A stretch of 25,583 nt of DNA, from assembly GCA_011330835.1 (NCBI GenBank), contig DRPO01000178.1:1-25583 (forward strand), given 5' to 3'. The position numbers and the translations under genes were made by a program. The DNA is from Gammaproteobacteria bacterium. Its GTDB lineage: Bacteria; Pseudomonadota; Gammaproteobacteria; UWMA-0217. The notes below the pieces were generated by a model, which made no database searches, was not told the origin of the DNA, and saw only the letters and a list, made by a program, of their open reading frames with translations. This document shows, piece after piece, positions 15,421 through 24,508 of this stretch. Numbering within the stretch: position 1 is the stretch's first letter; every line of letters begins with the position of its first letter.

Positions 15421-16437
15421 TCACCGACCCCGGTTTCGATCAGGCGCGCCGGGCTGCAACACGCGCTCGATATAGCTCACCAGGGATTCTATCTGCTGTT
15501 GCGTCAGCACCGCCTTCCAGGCCGGCATGGAGGTGCCGTCGACGCCCTCGGCTATCGCCCGGGCGACCTCCCCGGGCGTCCGCCGCCGCAGGAGTTCCGG
15601 GTCGCTCAGATCCCGGGGGTGGGGTTGCAAGAAACTGCCTATCCAGTTTTTACCCGTGCCATCGGCGCCATGGCAGAAAGCGCAATTCGCCTGGAACAGC
15701 GCCTCTCCTTCGCGTTCCGACGGTGTCAGGCCCTCCACGCGAGGCACTTGATCGTGCCGCGCGAAGGCGCTGGCGCCGCTCACGGCATCCGCCGGAAGCA
15801 GGAAATCCCCGGTGGCGAAACCGGTGCGTGGATAAGAGACCGCGTCGGCCTCCCAGATCGCGCCTTCCTGGATCACCTTGCCGCGATCGTGGCAACTGAT
15901 GCAGGCACGCATATACAGCTCGCGGCCCCGACGCTGCGCTGGCGTCAGTTCTTCCAGCGCCTCATCCAATGGAAGCGCTCCAGTGGCAAAAGGAAACGCC
16001 GCGCGATAGCGCTGGTGATCGGGCCAGCCGTTCTCCGGCGTGTGATAGGCACTGTTCGGCGCCTTGCGCCGCATGAATTCGCGCCGCACGAAATCCACCA
16101 CGCGCTCCATCTCCATCGCTGTCAGCAGGGCGCGAAAGCTTCTCATCGCCGTGCCCGGCCTTCCTTCCCGCAAGGTATCCAGCATCTGTTCGCGGGAAAG
16201 CGAATCGGGGGCCAGCGCGGTGAAATCTCTCGGCGGGGGATCGAGATAACTGGATGCCAGCGTTTTTGCATCGCCGGAATAGCCATGACAGTAGTAACAC
16301 CGAAAGTTGTAGATTCGCCGGCCTTCCTCGTGACGGCTTGTCGTCCCCTCGTCGGCGATAGCCGGAAGCGGTACGAGGAAGACGAATATCAGGGTCGCCA
16401 GGAGCATGCTGATTCCCGGTTGGCACGGTTCTTTCAT
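15421..16437 (-). CDS. Triheme cytochrome c: two class I (His/Met) domains plus a central CXXCH
   Basis: Signal peptide; CYYCH...PPPRDFT...GRPGTAM; CISCH; CAFCH...PHPRDL...GTSMPAW. Start at ATG 16437 or 16407; the 854-aa ORF-track version is an antisense extension over NHL-3. Confidence 0.88.
   Translation of the reverse strand: MKEPCQPGISMLLATLIFVFLVPLPAIADEGTTSRHEEGRRIYNFRCYYCHGYSGDAKTLASSYLDPPPRDFTALAPDSLSREQMLDTLREGRPGTAMRSFRALLTAMEMERVVDFVRREFMRRKAPNSAYHTPENGWPDHQRYRAAFPFATGALPLDEALEELTPAQRRGRELYMRACISCHDRGKVIQEGAIWEADAVSYPRTGFATGDFLLPADAVSGASAFARHDQVPRVEGLTPSEREGEALFQANCAFCHGADGTGKNWIGSFLQPHPRDLSDPELLRRRTPGEVARAIAEGVDGTSMPAWKAVLTQQQIESLVSYIERVLQPGAPDRNRGR
16421..16436 (+). promoter_or_regulatory. 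Degenerate sigma54-like site upstream of NHL-3
   Basis: TGGCACGGTTCTTTCA: perfect -24 box but TC instead of GC at -12. Confidence 0.3.
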
Positions 16438-16475
16438 GGTTGCTCTGGATATCGGTAAGAAACAAACATGGTACG

Positions 16476-16491
16476 AGCAATATTCAGACCA
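16476..16491 (-). promoter_or_regulatory. sigma54 -24/-12 promoter for the triheme class I cytochrome
   Basis: TGGTCTGAATATTGCT on the minus strand (GG-N10-GC, TTGCT; TGGT instead of TGGC). Confidence 0.55.
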
Positions 16492-16542
16492 GAAAAACCC
16501 CGTCCCCGGCGCGGACGGCATGTCATCGACAGGAGCATCTTG

Positions 16543-17634
16543 ATGAAGCCTATCGCATTGCTGCTGCTGGCCGCGGTCAGCCTGCTGTTTCATGGCTGCG
16601 GCACCGGCCCCGAGCAACGCGCGGCAAGAAAGGTCTTGGCCTTTCCGCCGCCGCCCGCCGAGGCTCGCTTCTACTATGAACGAACGCTCGTCGGCACGGG
16701 CGACCCGATAAAGAAGAGCACGGAAACCAGTCTGCGGGAGAAGCTCACCGGAGAGTCCGGTTATCGCGGCAGGGGCTTCGCCAAGCCCTTCGACGTGGCG
16801 GTATACAAGGGCCGCGTCTATCTGTCGGATACCGTGGCGCGCAAAGTGGTGGTACTGGACTTTCCCGGCGAACGATCCTTCGATCTCGGCAAGGATGATG
16901 ACGATGGCCAGTTGATGAAACCCATGGGCATCGCCATCGATGGCAACGGTAACGCCTACGTCGCCGACAATACGCTGAAAACGGTCAAGGTCTACGACCG
17001 TGACGGCCGTTACCTGCGTTCCATTGGCAACCCTGGCATCTGGGACCGCCCGGTGGGCCTGGATGTCAACCCCGAAGGCAGTATCGTCTACGTCGTCGAT
17101 ATCGGCGGCGTGCGCAGCGAACGCCACCGCGTGGTGATGATAGACGCGCTCAGCGGAAAACTGATTCGCGCCATCGGTATCCGCGGCACCGAGCCCGGCC
17201 AGTTCAACCTGCCGAGGGATGTCGCGCTGGGCACCGACGGCCTGTTGTACATCACCGACGGCGGAAATTTCCGCGTCCAGGTGATGACGCAACAGGGCGA
17301 GTTCGTGCGCAAGTGGGGTACACCGGGGCGACGGCCCGGCCAGTTCACGCGGGCGAAGGGTATCGCCATCGGCCCCGAAGGGCATATCTACGTGGTGGAT
17401 GCCGCGTTTGGCAACACCCAGATATTCACCGCCGACGGACAACTGCTGATGCACATCGGCGGCCGCTCCACCGCCAACGCGCCAGGGAAATACATGCTGC
17501 CGGCCGGGGTGGACGTGGACGAGGACGGGCGCATCTACATGGTCGGCCAGTTCTTCCGCAAGGTGGATGTCTATCGCCCGGCGCGACTCGCCAAGGATCA
17601 GGGCTATCTGGCCGGCAATGTGAAAAAGGGTTGA
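16543..17634 (+). CDS. NHL-repeat beta-propeller lipoprotein (NHL-3)
   Basis: AGGAG RBS before ATG 16543; signal peptide ending FHGC; FPPPPAEARFYY; NHL blades (KPMGIAID, GQFNLPRDVA, GQFTRAKGIA). Confidence 0.92.
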   Translation: MKPIALLLLAAVSLLFHGCGTGPEQRAARKVLAFPPPPAEARFYYERTLVGTGDPIKKSTETSLREKLTGESGYRGRGFAKPFDVAVYKGRVYLSDTVARKVVVLDFPGERSFDLGKDDDDGQLMKPMGIAIDGNGNAYVADNTLKTVKVYDRDGRYLRSIGNPGIWDRPVGLDVNPEGSIVYVVDIGGVRSERHRVVMIDALSGKLIRAIGIRGTEPGQFNLPRDVALGTDGLLYITDGGNFRVQVMTQQGEFVRKWGTPGRRPGQFTRAKGIAIGPEGHIYVVDAAFGNTQIFTADGQLLMHIGGRSTANAPGKYMLPAGVDVDEDGRIYMVGQFFRKVDVYRPARLAKDQGYLAGNVKKG

Positions 17635-18426
17635 ATGTCGGCCATGCTTCCGCGCATACCCATCCTCCTGATAGCGCTGCTCGGCCTGGCCGCTATCCCC
17701 GGTTGCGGCACCCAGCGCGACGATATCCAGAAAACTGCGCGACCGTCGCCGACCCGGCAGGCGGAACCGAGGGGCACCCCCGGCTCGGCCATGCCGGTGG
17801 TGATTCAGGCCGCCATCCCGCCGCGAGAGCACGACGAGGCGTCCACGTCGCCCTCCCCGCCAGAGCCGGAGTCCGCGCCAACGGAGGCGATCGAGCCGAC
17901 CTCGACGCCGGCGCCAGCCACGCCGACGGCACCGACCGCGAAAACACCGCCGGCGGTGGCGATCAAACGCTCGCCCACGCGCCACTTCAAGGCCGACCGC
18001 AGCGACCTGGACTCACGCGGTCCGGCCTACCGGATACTCCAGAATCCACGCGAAGCGATGCGCGATTTCCCGGTCGACGACTTCGGCATCGTCGACTGGG
18101 TCCAGGCATTGAACGACGAGCGGATCGCGCCACGCGCCTCCATTGTCGGCGGGCGCAAGATGCTCATCAAGAGAGAGGCCGTGATCATGAAGGACACCCG
18201 GCAAATGCCCTGGGTGCGATTCCCGCACCTGCAACACACGCAATGGCTCGCCTGCGGCAACTGCCATCCCAAGCCGTTCAAGGAGAAGCAGAACGACATC
18301 AGCATGGACAGCATCATGCGTGGCAGGCACTGCGGCCTGTGTCACGGCAAGGTCGCGTTCCCCATCCTGCAATGCGAGCGCTGCCACAATGTCACCCACC
18401 CCGGATCGCCGAAGCGATGGTGGTGA
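17635..18426 (+). CDS. Lipoprotein c7-type triheme cytochrome (subtype II) on a Pro/Thr/Ala-rich tether
   Basis: ATG abuts the NHL-3 stop; signal ending IPGC; PEPESAPTEAIEPTSTPAPATPTAPT linker; DWVQAL...FPHLQHTQWLA-CGNCH, CGLCH, CERCH. Confidence 0.9.
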   Translation: MSAMLPRIPILLIALLGLAAIPGCGTQRDDIQKTARPSPTRQAEPRGTPGSAMPVVIQAAIPPREHDEASTSPSPPEPESAPTEAIEPTSTPAPATPTAPTAKTPPAVAIKRSPTRHFKADRSDLDSRGPAYRILQNPREAMRDFPVDDFGIVDWVQALNDERIAPRASIVGGRKMLIKREAVIMKDTRQMPWVRFPHLQHTQWLACGNCHPKPFKEKQNDISMDSIMRGRHCGLCHGKVAFPILQCERCHNVTHPGSPKRWW

Positions 18427-18524
18427 ACAGACATGGCGCCGTGCTTCCAATACCGAATTCACGCGACGCGCGAAACCGTCGCCCCATGCCTCGGACAGCC
18501 TGAAAAACGGCAAGGAGTTTCACA

Positions 18525-19220
18525 TTGATCAAGTACCTGATAACGCTCACCCCCCTGCTGTTCGCCGTCGCCGCGTGTAGCGATAACGGCAATGCACCAG
18601 AGCAACAGGCCGCCAAGCAACAAGTCGGCAAGACGGAAACGCAACCGCGCGCGACAAGCGTGGCCGACGGCAAAGACCCGCACGCCGGACTGAACATGCG
18701 CCTGACCCAGGCACCCACCGGCGCCGGTTCGCCACGCTTGCGCGGCGGCGGCACGGGGCGGGTCAAGCAAGTGCTGCAAGCCGGCAACTACACCTACGTG
18801 GAGGTGGACACCGGCAAGGCGAGCCTGTGGATGGCCTCGAATCCCAGCAAGGTGAAGACCGGCGACAAGATCGCCTGGCGCGACGGCGCCATCATGCACA
18901 ACTTCCACAGCAAGGCACTGAAGCGTGATTTCAAGCAGATCATGTTCGTATCCGAATTCGTCTCGCCCAATCTGCTACCCAAGCCGAAAGGCGGCGTGGT
19001 GCTTTCGCGGCAGGACGCCGCCGGCTATACCTACCTGGAGATCGATACCGGGAATGGCCGGGAATGGGTCGCGCTACCGACGACCAATGTCAATGTCGGC
19101 GAGAAGGTACATTGGCTGGGAGGATCCCGCATGCACGACTTTCACAGCAGTTCGCTGAACCGGGATTTCGACAGTATCTGGTTCATCAACCGACTGGAAA
19201 CCAGCACCATCCAATTCTGA
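18525..19220 (+). CDS. NrfJ-like lipoprotein with two tandem beta-rich (OB-fold-like) repeats
   Basis: AAGGAG RBS before TTG 18525; lipobox VAAC; two copies of YTY.E.DTG...W.A.....V..G.K..W..G..MH.FHS..L.RDF..I.F; family resemblance recalled, not searched. Confidence 0.65.
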   Translation: MIKYLITLTPLLFAVAACSDNGNAPEQQAAKQQVGKTETQPRATSVADGKDPHAGLNMRLTQAPTGAGSPRLRGGGTGRVKQVLQAGNYTYVEVDTGKASLWMASNPSKVKTGDKIAWRDGAIMHNFHSKALKRDFKQIMFVSEFVSPNLLPKPKGGVVLSRQDAAGYTYLEIDTGNGREWVALPTTNVNVGEKVHWLGGSRMHDFHSSSLNRDFDSIWFINRLETSTIQF

Positions 19221-19255
19221 ACACGCTGTGAATCCTCTTTGAAAGGTCCAGAAAA

Positions 19256-20017
19256 ATGAACAAGGCTATAGACTTTCATCCCAGGCACCTGACCTTCTTC
19301 GTCGGCCTGGCGCTGCTCAACGCATCCACCTCGGCCAGCGAGGCGCACGAGGGCCTGGACGCCCGGGAGATCTACCACGAGTATTGCTCGGTGTGTCATG
19401 GCGACAACGGCGACGGACGCTCCCACGCGCAGAACAGCTTCGACCCACCGCCGCGCAATTTCACCGCGCCGGAAGCGGCCGCGCAACTGGATCGCGAGCG
19501 CATGCTGTTCTCGGTGACCTACGGGCGACCGGATACCGCGATGCCCGGTTGGGGAACCCGGCTGAGCAAGGATGAGATCGCCTCGGTAGTGGATTTCGTG
19601 CGTTCGACCTTCATGAAGATCGATGCGTCGCGACAATCCGCCGACGCGGAAGCGAAAGGCGTCGACCGCTTCGCCACCGGCTACATGGACCAAGCGATGC
19701 CCTATGGCCTGCATGGCGACAAGGCATCCGGGCAGGCATACTTTCGCATGAACTGCGTCGTCTGCCACGGCGTCAACGGCGACGGCAAGGGCCCGCGCGC
19801 CTATTTCATACTGCCCAAGCCCAGGGACTACCGCCACCCCGCCGCGCGCGCCAAGCTGAACCGACCGACGCTCTTCGAGGCGATCGCCAAGGGCAGCAAC
19901 GGTACCGAGATGCCGGCCTGGGAAAAGGTACTCGATAAACAGGAGATCGCGAACATCGCGGAATACGTCTTCGATACCTTCATCAAGCCGGAACCAACCG
20001 AGGCAGCCAAGCGCTGA
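19256..20017 (+). CDS. Diheme cytochrome c with two class I domains
   Basis: Signal peptide; CSVCH...PPPRNFT...GRPDTAMPGW; CVVCH...PKPRDY...GTEMPAW. Confidence 0.92.
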   Translation: MNKAIDFHPRHLTFFVGLALLNASTSASEAHEGLDAREIYHEYCSVCHGDNGDGRSHAQNSFDPPPRNFTAPEAAAQLDRERMLFSVTYGRPDTAMPGWGTRLSKDEIASVVDFVRSTFMKIDASRQSADAEAKGVDRFATGYMDQAMPYGLHGDKASGQAYFRMNCVVCHGVNGDGKGPRAYFILPKPRDYRHPAARAKLNRPTLFEAIAKGSNGTEMPAWEKVLDKQEIANIAEYVFDTFIKPEPTEAAKR

Positions 20018-20054
20018 ATTGCCTGCCGGCTCCGCTTCGGCGCCGAGACGGGAT

Positions 20055-20858
20055 TCACCAATTCAGCTGTTCGTAGACCTCGTGCGCGGCTTTCGATATG
20101 ACAGGTCGGTCGACCGTGCCGGCGAGCACGTAACCAAGATCGCCCTCCACCCAGTAGAACGCCTGTATGCCGTTACGCTTGGCATACCGAAAAGCGGTAT
20201 CCCCGCCGGTGTTCTTCTGATAGACAAACAGGGTCAGGCGGTTCCCTTTGTCGTTCTGGTACATGAACAGGGCCGCCGGCCCCTCCGCCGATGTCACCAG
20301 CCGCCCTCCCAGCAAGCGGTAGCCGAGCTGACTCAACCGGGGCGCGCGCACCTTGGATTTGAGACGCTTCGATAGCCAGGCGACCAGGTGTTTCTCTTCG
20401 TCCGCGCCGACCTCGACCGGGTGGCGCACCTCGGGCGTATAGACCGCATGGGCGAGAAAGGCGAGATCGAGGGTATTCTCATCGGATGCCGGCAACGCGG
20501 CGACCGGAGCCCTGGCTTGTATTCCACCCCGCGCATACCAACCGAGCAGTCCGCCGACGCTCATGGCCGCGACCACGGCCGCCGCCTTCCACAAGCGGTG
20601 TCGTGGCGGCCCGGCGCGATGTCCGCCGATATTCCCGGCGGCGGCTTCCATCAACTCGCGGGGAATGGGTTCATCGAGCACCGGGTCGTAGAGGGCATGC
20701 AGCGCTTCGTTGAGTTCACGGCAATCCCGAACCTTCTTCGCGACATCGGGATCAGTCTGCAACAACGCTTCGATCTCGCGACGATGATCCTCATCGAGCT
20801 GACCGTCCACGTAGGCATGCAGATCCACCTCGGTAATCGCGGAATCCGATGATTTCAT
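20055..20858 (-). CDS. Transmembrane anti-sigma factor 2 (PrtR/COG5662-like)
   Basis: ATGA overlap with the sigma 2 stop; LHAYVDGQL, TM helix, YTPEVRHPVEV...WLSKRL...GYRLLGGRLV...GPAALFMYQN. Confidence 0.92.
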   Translation of the reverse strand: MKSSDSAITEVDLHAYVDGQLDEDHRREIEALLQTDPDVAKKVRDCRELNEALHALYDPVLDEPIPRELMEAAAGNIGGHRAGPPRHRLWKAAAVVAAMSVGGLLGWYARGGIQARAPVAALPASDENTLDLAFLAHAVYTPEVRHPVEVGADEEKHLVAWLSKRLKSKVRAPRLSQLGYRLLGGRLVTSAEGPAALFMYQNDKGNRLTLFVYQKNTGGDTAFRYAKRNGIQAFYWVEGDLGYVLAGTVDRPVISKAAHEVYEQLNW

Positions 20859-21361
20859 TTAACCCCCCTCAGGCTGGCCGATGCATCACCCCGCATCACC
20901 TCGCGCAACTTGATCCTGGCGCGGGACAGGCGGGACATCACCGTGCCCGCCGGTACATCGAGCACCTTGGCCGTTTCCTCGTAACTCAGACCTTCCAGCC
21001 CGATCAAAAGCACCACCAGCCGCTGACCGTCCGGGAATTCGTCGAGTCGTCGTTGCAAATCCCGCAGCACCAGGCGTGAGTATTGATTCGGCGCCTGCTC
21101 TCGTTCGCTGACGGTATCCAGGGACACGAGCGATGGCGCGCGGCTGTAGCGTCTCGCGGCATTCGCGTGAATATTATGCATGATGGTGAACAGCCATGGA
21201 CGGATGTCGTCGTCCCCGCGATACAGGTGTTTGCGCGACCAGGCACGTTCCAGGCAGTCCTGCACCAGTTCGTCCGCCTGCTCCTTGTCCTTCATCAGCG
21301 CACGCGCGTAACGCCTCAGGCGAGGGATGTTCTCGATCAACAGCGATTCAAAATCACCCAT
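20855..21361 (-). CDS. ECF RNA polymerase sigma factor 2 (PrtI-like)
   Basis: IPRLRRYARAL...DELVQDCLERAWSR...PWLFTIMHN; LSYEETAKVLDVPAGTVMSRLSRAR; start placed at ATG 21361. Confidence 0.95.
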   Translation of the reverse strand: MGDFESLLIENIPRLRRYARALMKDKEQADELVQDCLERAWSRKHLYRGDDDIRPWLFTIMHNIHANAARRYSRAPSLVSLDTVSEREQAPNQYSRLVLRDLQRRLDEFPDGQRLVVLLIGLEGLSYEETAKVLDVPAGTVMSRLSRARIKLREVMRGDASASLRGVK

Positions 21362-21394
21362 GGGGCAGTTTCCCGGATACACCAGTCCTGCTGT

Positions 21395-21422
21395 ATAAAC
21401 ACCGCGCGCCCGGGTTTATTCC
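21395..21422 (-). promoter_or_regulatory. Putative autoregulatory ECF promoter GGAATA-N14-GTGTTTAT
   Basis: Minus strand GGAATA aacccgggcgcgcg GTGTTTAT, 33 nt upstream of ATG 21361; matches 13802..13829. Confidence 0.75.
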
Positions 21423-21552
21423 ATTTCCACCCGGCTGTCTTTTCCCCAGCGCATCCGCGCGCGACAAGGGCTATACTTTGCCGGCAAGGGACGCGCTTGT
21501 GGCCAGTCGAGCGTCACCGATCTCGACCCGCGCCACGCCGGCCCGGGGCCGG

Positions 21553-21719
21553 CTAGGAGTCTGTCGGGTTTGACCGATCGTAGCGAGGGAAAGCTATTTT
21601 GAGTCCGTTTTTTCGTTCACTTGAGGCGAATAGTCATTCTATTTAACGAAAGTGAACGGAAAAACGGGCCAAAAGGGCTTTTCCGCAGTAGATCAGCGTT
21701 AAACCCGACAGACTCCTAG
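21553..21719. mobile_element. MITE-like palindromic element, copy 1 (167 bp)
   Basis: Perfect 19-bp terminal inverted repeats CTAGGAGTCTGTCGGGTTT (21553-21571 / 21701-21719) with CTAG at both ends (possible target-site duplication); internal 18-bp arms 21605-21622 / 21650-21667 (1 mismatch); AT-richer than flanks; no ORF. Confidence 0.85.
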
Positions 21720-21756
21720 TCTCCCTGTTGTTCCGCGCTCAACTTTTTGGTTCGCT

Positions 21757-23103
21757 ATGAAACACACCTTCCGACTCACACGCCAGTTCGCCTTGTTGAG
21801 CTTTGTCACCATCCTGTTCATCGGGCTGGTCTCGGCCTATACGCTGTCGAGACTGCTGACCAACGAGATCCTCACCCGGGACGCCATCGTCAGTGGTGAT
21901 TTCGTCAACAGCATCGTGACCGCGGACCGCAGCTGGCGTTATTTCAACGATGTGGACAATCCGGCGGGCAAGGCCGTTCTGCGCGAGTTCTACGATCACG
22001 TCACCCACCTGCCGGACGCGCTCAGGTTCAATGTCTACGGCAAGGACCAGCGGGTCATCTGGTCGAGCGACAACGAGTTGATCGGAAAAAAATTCGACGA
22101 TAACGACGAACTGGAGGAGGCCTTGGAAGGCAGGCTGGTCTTCGAGTCCGGGACCATAGGTGAAAGAGTAAAGAAAGAGCACGTGGACCTGGGCTCCGAC
22201 CTGGTCGGCATGCATTTCATCGAGACCTACATCCCGATCTGGAATCCGGATCACGACGATGTAGTCGCGGTGGTCGAGCTCTACAAGCGCCCTCTCAGCC
22301 TGCATAAAGCGATAGTCAAGGGGGAAAGCATCATATGGATCGGCTCCCTGCTCGGAGGCATGCTGTTGTTCGTCGCCCTCTATTGGATCGTGCGGCGCGC
22401 CGATCTGGTGATGGCGTCGCAACAACAGCGGCTCATCGAGGCCGAAAGTCTTTCGATGATCGGCGAGACGGCCTCGGCGGTGGCGCACTCGATGCGCAAT
22501 CCCCTGGCATCCATCAGAGCTTGTGCCGAGCTCACTCTGACAGACGACCTGGAAGGCGCCAAGGAGTCCGCGCGCGACATCATCAACGAGGCAGACCGGC
22601 TGGATCGCTGGGCGCGGGAACTGTTACAGTTCTCGGCGACCCACCAGGATGAACTGGAGACGATCGACATCGATGCATTGATAGGCAAAACACTCGATGC
22701 GCATCGTGAAGACTTGGCGCGCGCATCCATCGAACTGAAGCTGTATCTGTCCGGCATCCATCCGATGCTTCGCGCCAACGAAGCTCCGTTGGCCCAGGTA
22801 GTGGAGAACCTGGTCGTCAACGCGATCGAAGCGATCGGCCACGATGGCACCCTGACGGTGGCTACCGCCGTGGAGCACAAACCACCGTTCGTCCGCATCA
22901 CCATCACGGATACCGGACCGGGTCTCTCCGACGAGATCAAGGACCGCCTGTTCCGCCCTTTCGCCACGACCAAGCCGAGTGGCACCGGCCTGGGCTTGGC
23001 GCTGGCCCGGCGCCTGGTGGAACACTACGGTGGCACGCTCGATTTACACAGTGATCCCGGCCAGGGCGTGACGGCGACGATACGCCTGCCGGCGGTGGAT
23101 TGA
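21757..23103 (+). CDS. Membrane sensor histidine kinase
   Basis: Two TM helices around a periplasmic domain; H-box AHSMRNPLASI; N-box NLVVNAIEA; DTGPGL, LFRPFATTK, GTGLGL. Confidence 0.96.
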   Translation: MKHTFRLTRQFALLSFVTILFIGLVSAYTLSRLLTNEILTRDAIVSGDFVNSIVTADRSWRYFNDVDNPAGKAVLREFYDHVTHLPDALRFNVYGKDQRVIWSSDNELIGKKFDDNDELEEALEGRLVFESGTIGERVKKEHVDLGSDLVGMHFIETYIPIWNPDHDDVVAVVELYKRPLSLHKAIVKGESIIWIGSLLGGMLLFVALYWIVRRADLVMASQQQRLIEAESLSMIGETASAVAHSMRNPLASIRACAELTLTDDLEGAKESARDIINEADRLDRWARELLQFSATHQDELETIDIDALIGKTLDAHREDLARASIELKLYLSGIHPMLRANEAPLAQVVENLVVNAIEAIGHDGTLTVATAVEHKPPFVRITITDTGPGLSDEIKDRLFRPFATTKPSGTGLGLALARRLVEHYGGTLDLHSDPGQGVTATIRLPAVD

Positions 23104-23107
23104 GCGT

Positions 23108-24508
23108 ATGGGTCACGGCATACTCATCGTCGAGGACGAGGCCATCCTGGCGAAGACCGTCGCCAGGTATCTGCGCAAGCATGGATTCGACGTGCGCACC
23201 GCGAGCGACGGTCACGCCGGCATCGAGGACGTGAAGAGTTATCAACCCGACGCCGTCCTGCTCGACTTCAACCTTCCCGGCGGCATGAACGGGTTGGAGG
23301 TACTGAAAAGGATTCAGGCGATCGATTCCTCCATCAAGATCGTCATGATCACCGGACAGGGAAACACCCGACTGGCGGTGGATGCCATGAAAGCCGGAGC
23401 CTACGACTACCTGAGCAAGCCGCTGGCACTGAGCGAACTCAAGCTGTTGCTCGAAAGGGCGATCGGGCAACAACGTACCGAGGGACAACTCTCTTATTTC
23501 CACGGTAGGGACGCCTCGCGCAGCGATATCGACAGGATTGTCGGAGAGAGCCACGCCATGCTCGACCTGAAGCAGCGAATCGCCCGGATCATCGACGCCG
23601 GCAGGCGCCTGAGCGACGGACCGCTGCCGGCGGTACTCATCAGCGGTGAAACGGGTACGGGAAAAGAACTCGTGGCAAGGGCGTTGCACTACGGCGGACC
23701 GCGCGCCAAACAGGCGTTCGTCGAACTGAACGCGGCGGCGATGCCGCAGCAGCTGGTGGAATCGGAACTCTTCGGCCACGAAAAAGGCGCCTTCACCGAT
23801 GCCAGGGAACGCAAGCTGGGTCTGGTCGAGGCCGCGAACGGCGGCACCTTGTTTCTCGACGAGGTCGGAGAACTCGATCTGGCCATCCAGGCCAAGCTGC
23901 TCAAGCTGCTGGAGGATCGCAAGGTCAGACGCCTCGGCAGCCTGCGCGACACCCGGACCGATATTCAGATCGTGACCGCCACCAATCGCTCGCTTCAGGA
24001 AATGGTCCACGACGGCGGGTTCCGCGAGGATCTCCTGTTCCGTCTCAATACCCTCACCATCCACATCCCGCCACTGCGAGACAGGCTGGAAGACGTTCCA
24101 CTGCTCGCCGGACATTTTCTCGAACAGATGACACGCAAGTATGCGAAACCCGACCTGCATCTCGCGGAGAACACCCTTGGCGCGCTGACGACCTACCACT
24201 GGCCCGGCAATATTCGCGAGCTGCGCAACCGCATCGAGCAGGCGGTGCTGCTGTGCGAGGGCTCGGAAATCGGCGTGGCATGCCTGAACCTTCCAACGAC
24301 GACCCCGCATAGCAACGCCACGCACAGACCCGGCGCGGATCATGCCGCCGGCGCGCCATCCACCTTGCCAGACGTGGAGAAGGAAATGATCGAGCAGACC
24401 TTGAAAGCCGTTGGAGGCAACGTATCCAAGGCGGCGAGACAGCTGGGCATCACCCGGGATCGGCTGCGATATCGATTGAAGAAGTACGGCTTGACCGATC
24501 AGCCGTAG
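23108..24508 (+). CDS. sigma54-dependent response regulator (NtrC family: REC-AAA+-Fis HTH)
   Basis: REC (IVEDE, LLDFNLP, KP); Walker A GETGTGKE; [15 protein letters not shown]; LFLDEVGEL; [10 protein letters not shown]; WPGNIREL; [14 protein letters not shown]. Confidence 0.97.
   Translation: MGHGILIVEDEAILAKTVARYLRKHGFDVRTASDGHAGIEDVKSYQPDAVLLDFNLPGGMNGLEVLKRIQAIDSSIKIVMITGQGNTRLAVDAMKAGAYDYLSKPLALSELKLLLERAIGQQRTEGQLSYFHGRDASRSDIDRIVGESHAMLDLKQRIARIIDAGRRLSDGPLPAVLISGETGTGKELVARALHYGGPRAKQAFVELNAAAMPQQLVESELFGHEKGAFTDARERKLGLVEAANGGTLFLDEVGELDLAIQAKLLKLLEDRKVRRLGSLRDTRTDIQIVTATNRSLQEMVHDGGFREDLLFRLNTLTIHIPPLRDRLEDVPLLAGHFLEQMTRKYAKPDLHLAENTLGALTTYHWPGNIRELRNRIEQAVLLCEGSEIGVACLNLPTTTPHSNATHRPGADHAAGAPSTLPDVEKEMIEQTLKAVGGNVSKAARQLGITRDRLRYRLKKYGLTDQP

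Noticed and set aside
16438-17985. N-terminal 516 aa of the 854-aa minus ORF 15421..17985
   Set aside because: Lies antisense to NHL-3 and the lipoprotein triheme; the real cytochrome begins at a signal peptide near 16437/16407.
18525-19220. Inferring nitrite ammonification from the NrfJ-like gene
   Set aside because: No NrfA (no CXXCK motif) or NrfH in the window.
21467-21482. GG-N10-GC (AGGGCTATACTTTGCC) upstream of the kinase
   Set aside because: -24 box lacks TGGC; too weak to call in GC-rich DNA.
21553-21719. CRISPR array or structured RNA gene
   Set aside because: Only two copies 3.7 kb apart with no spacers; TIR plus CTAG ends fit a MITE better.
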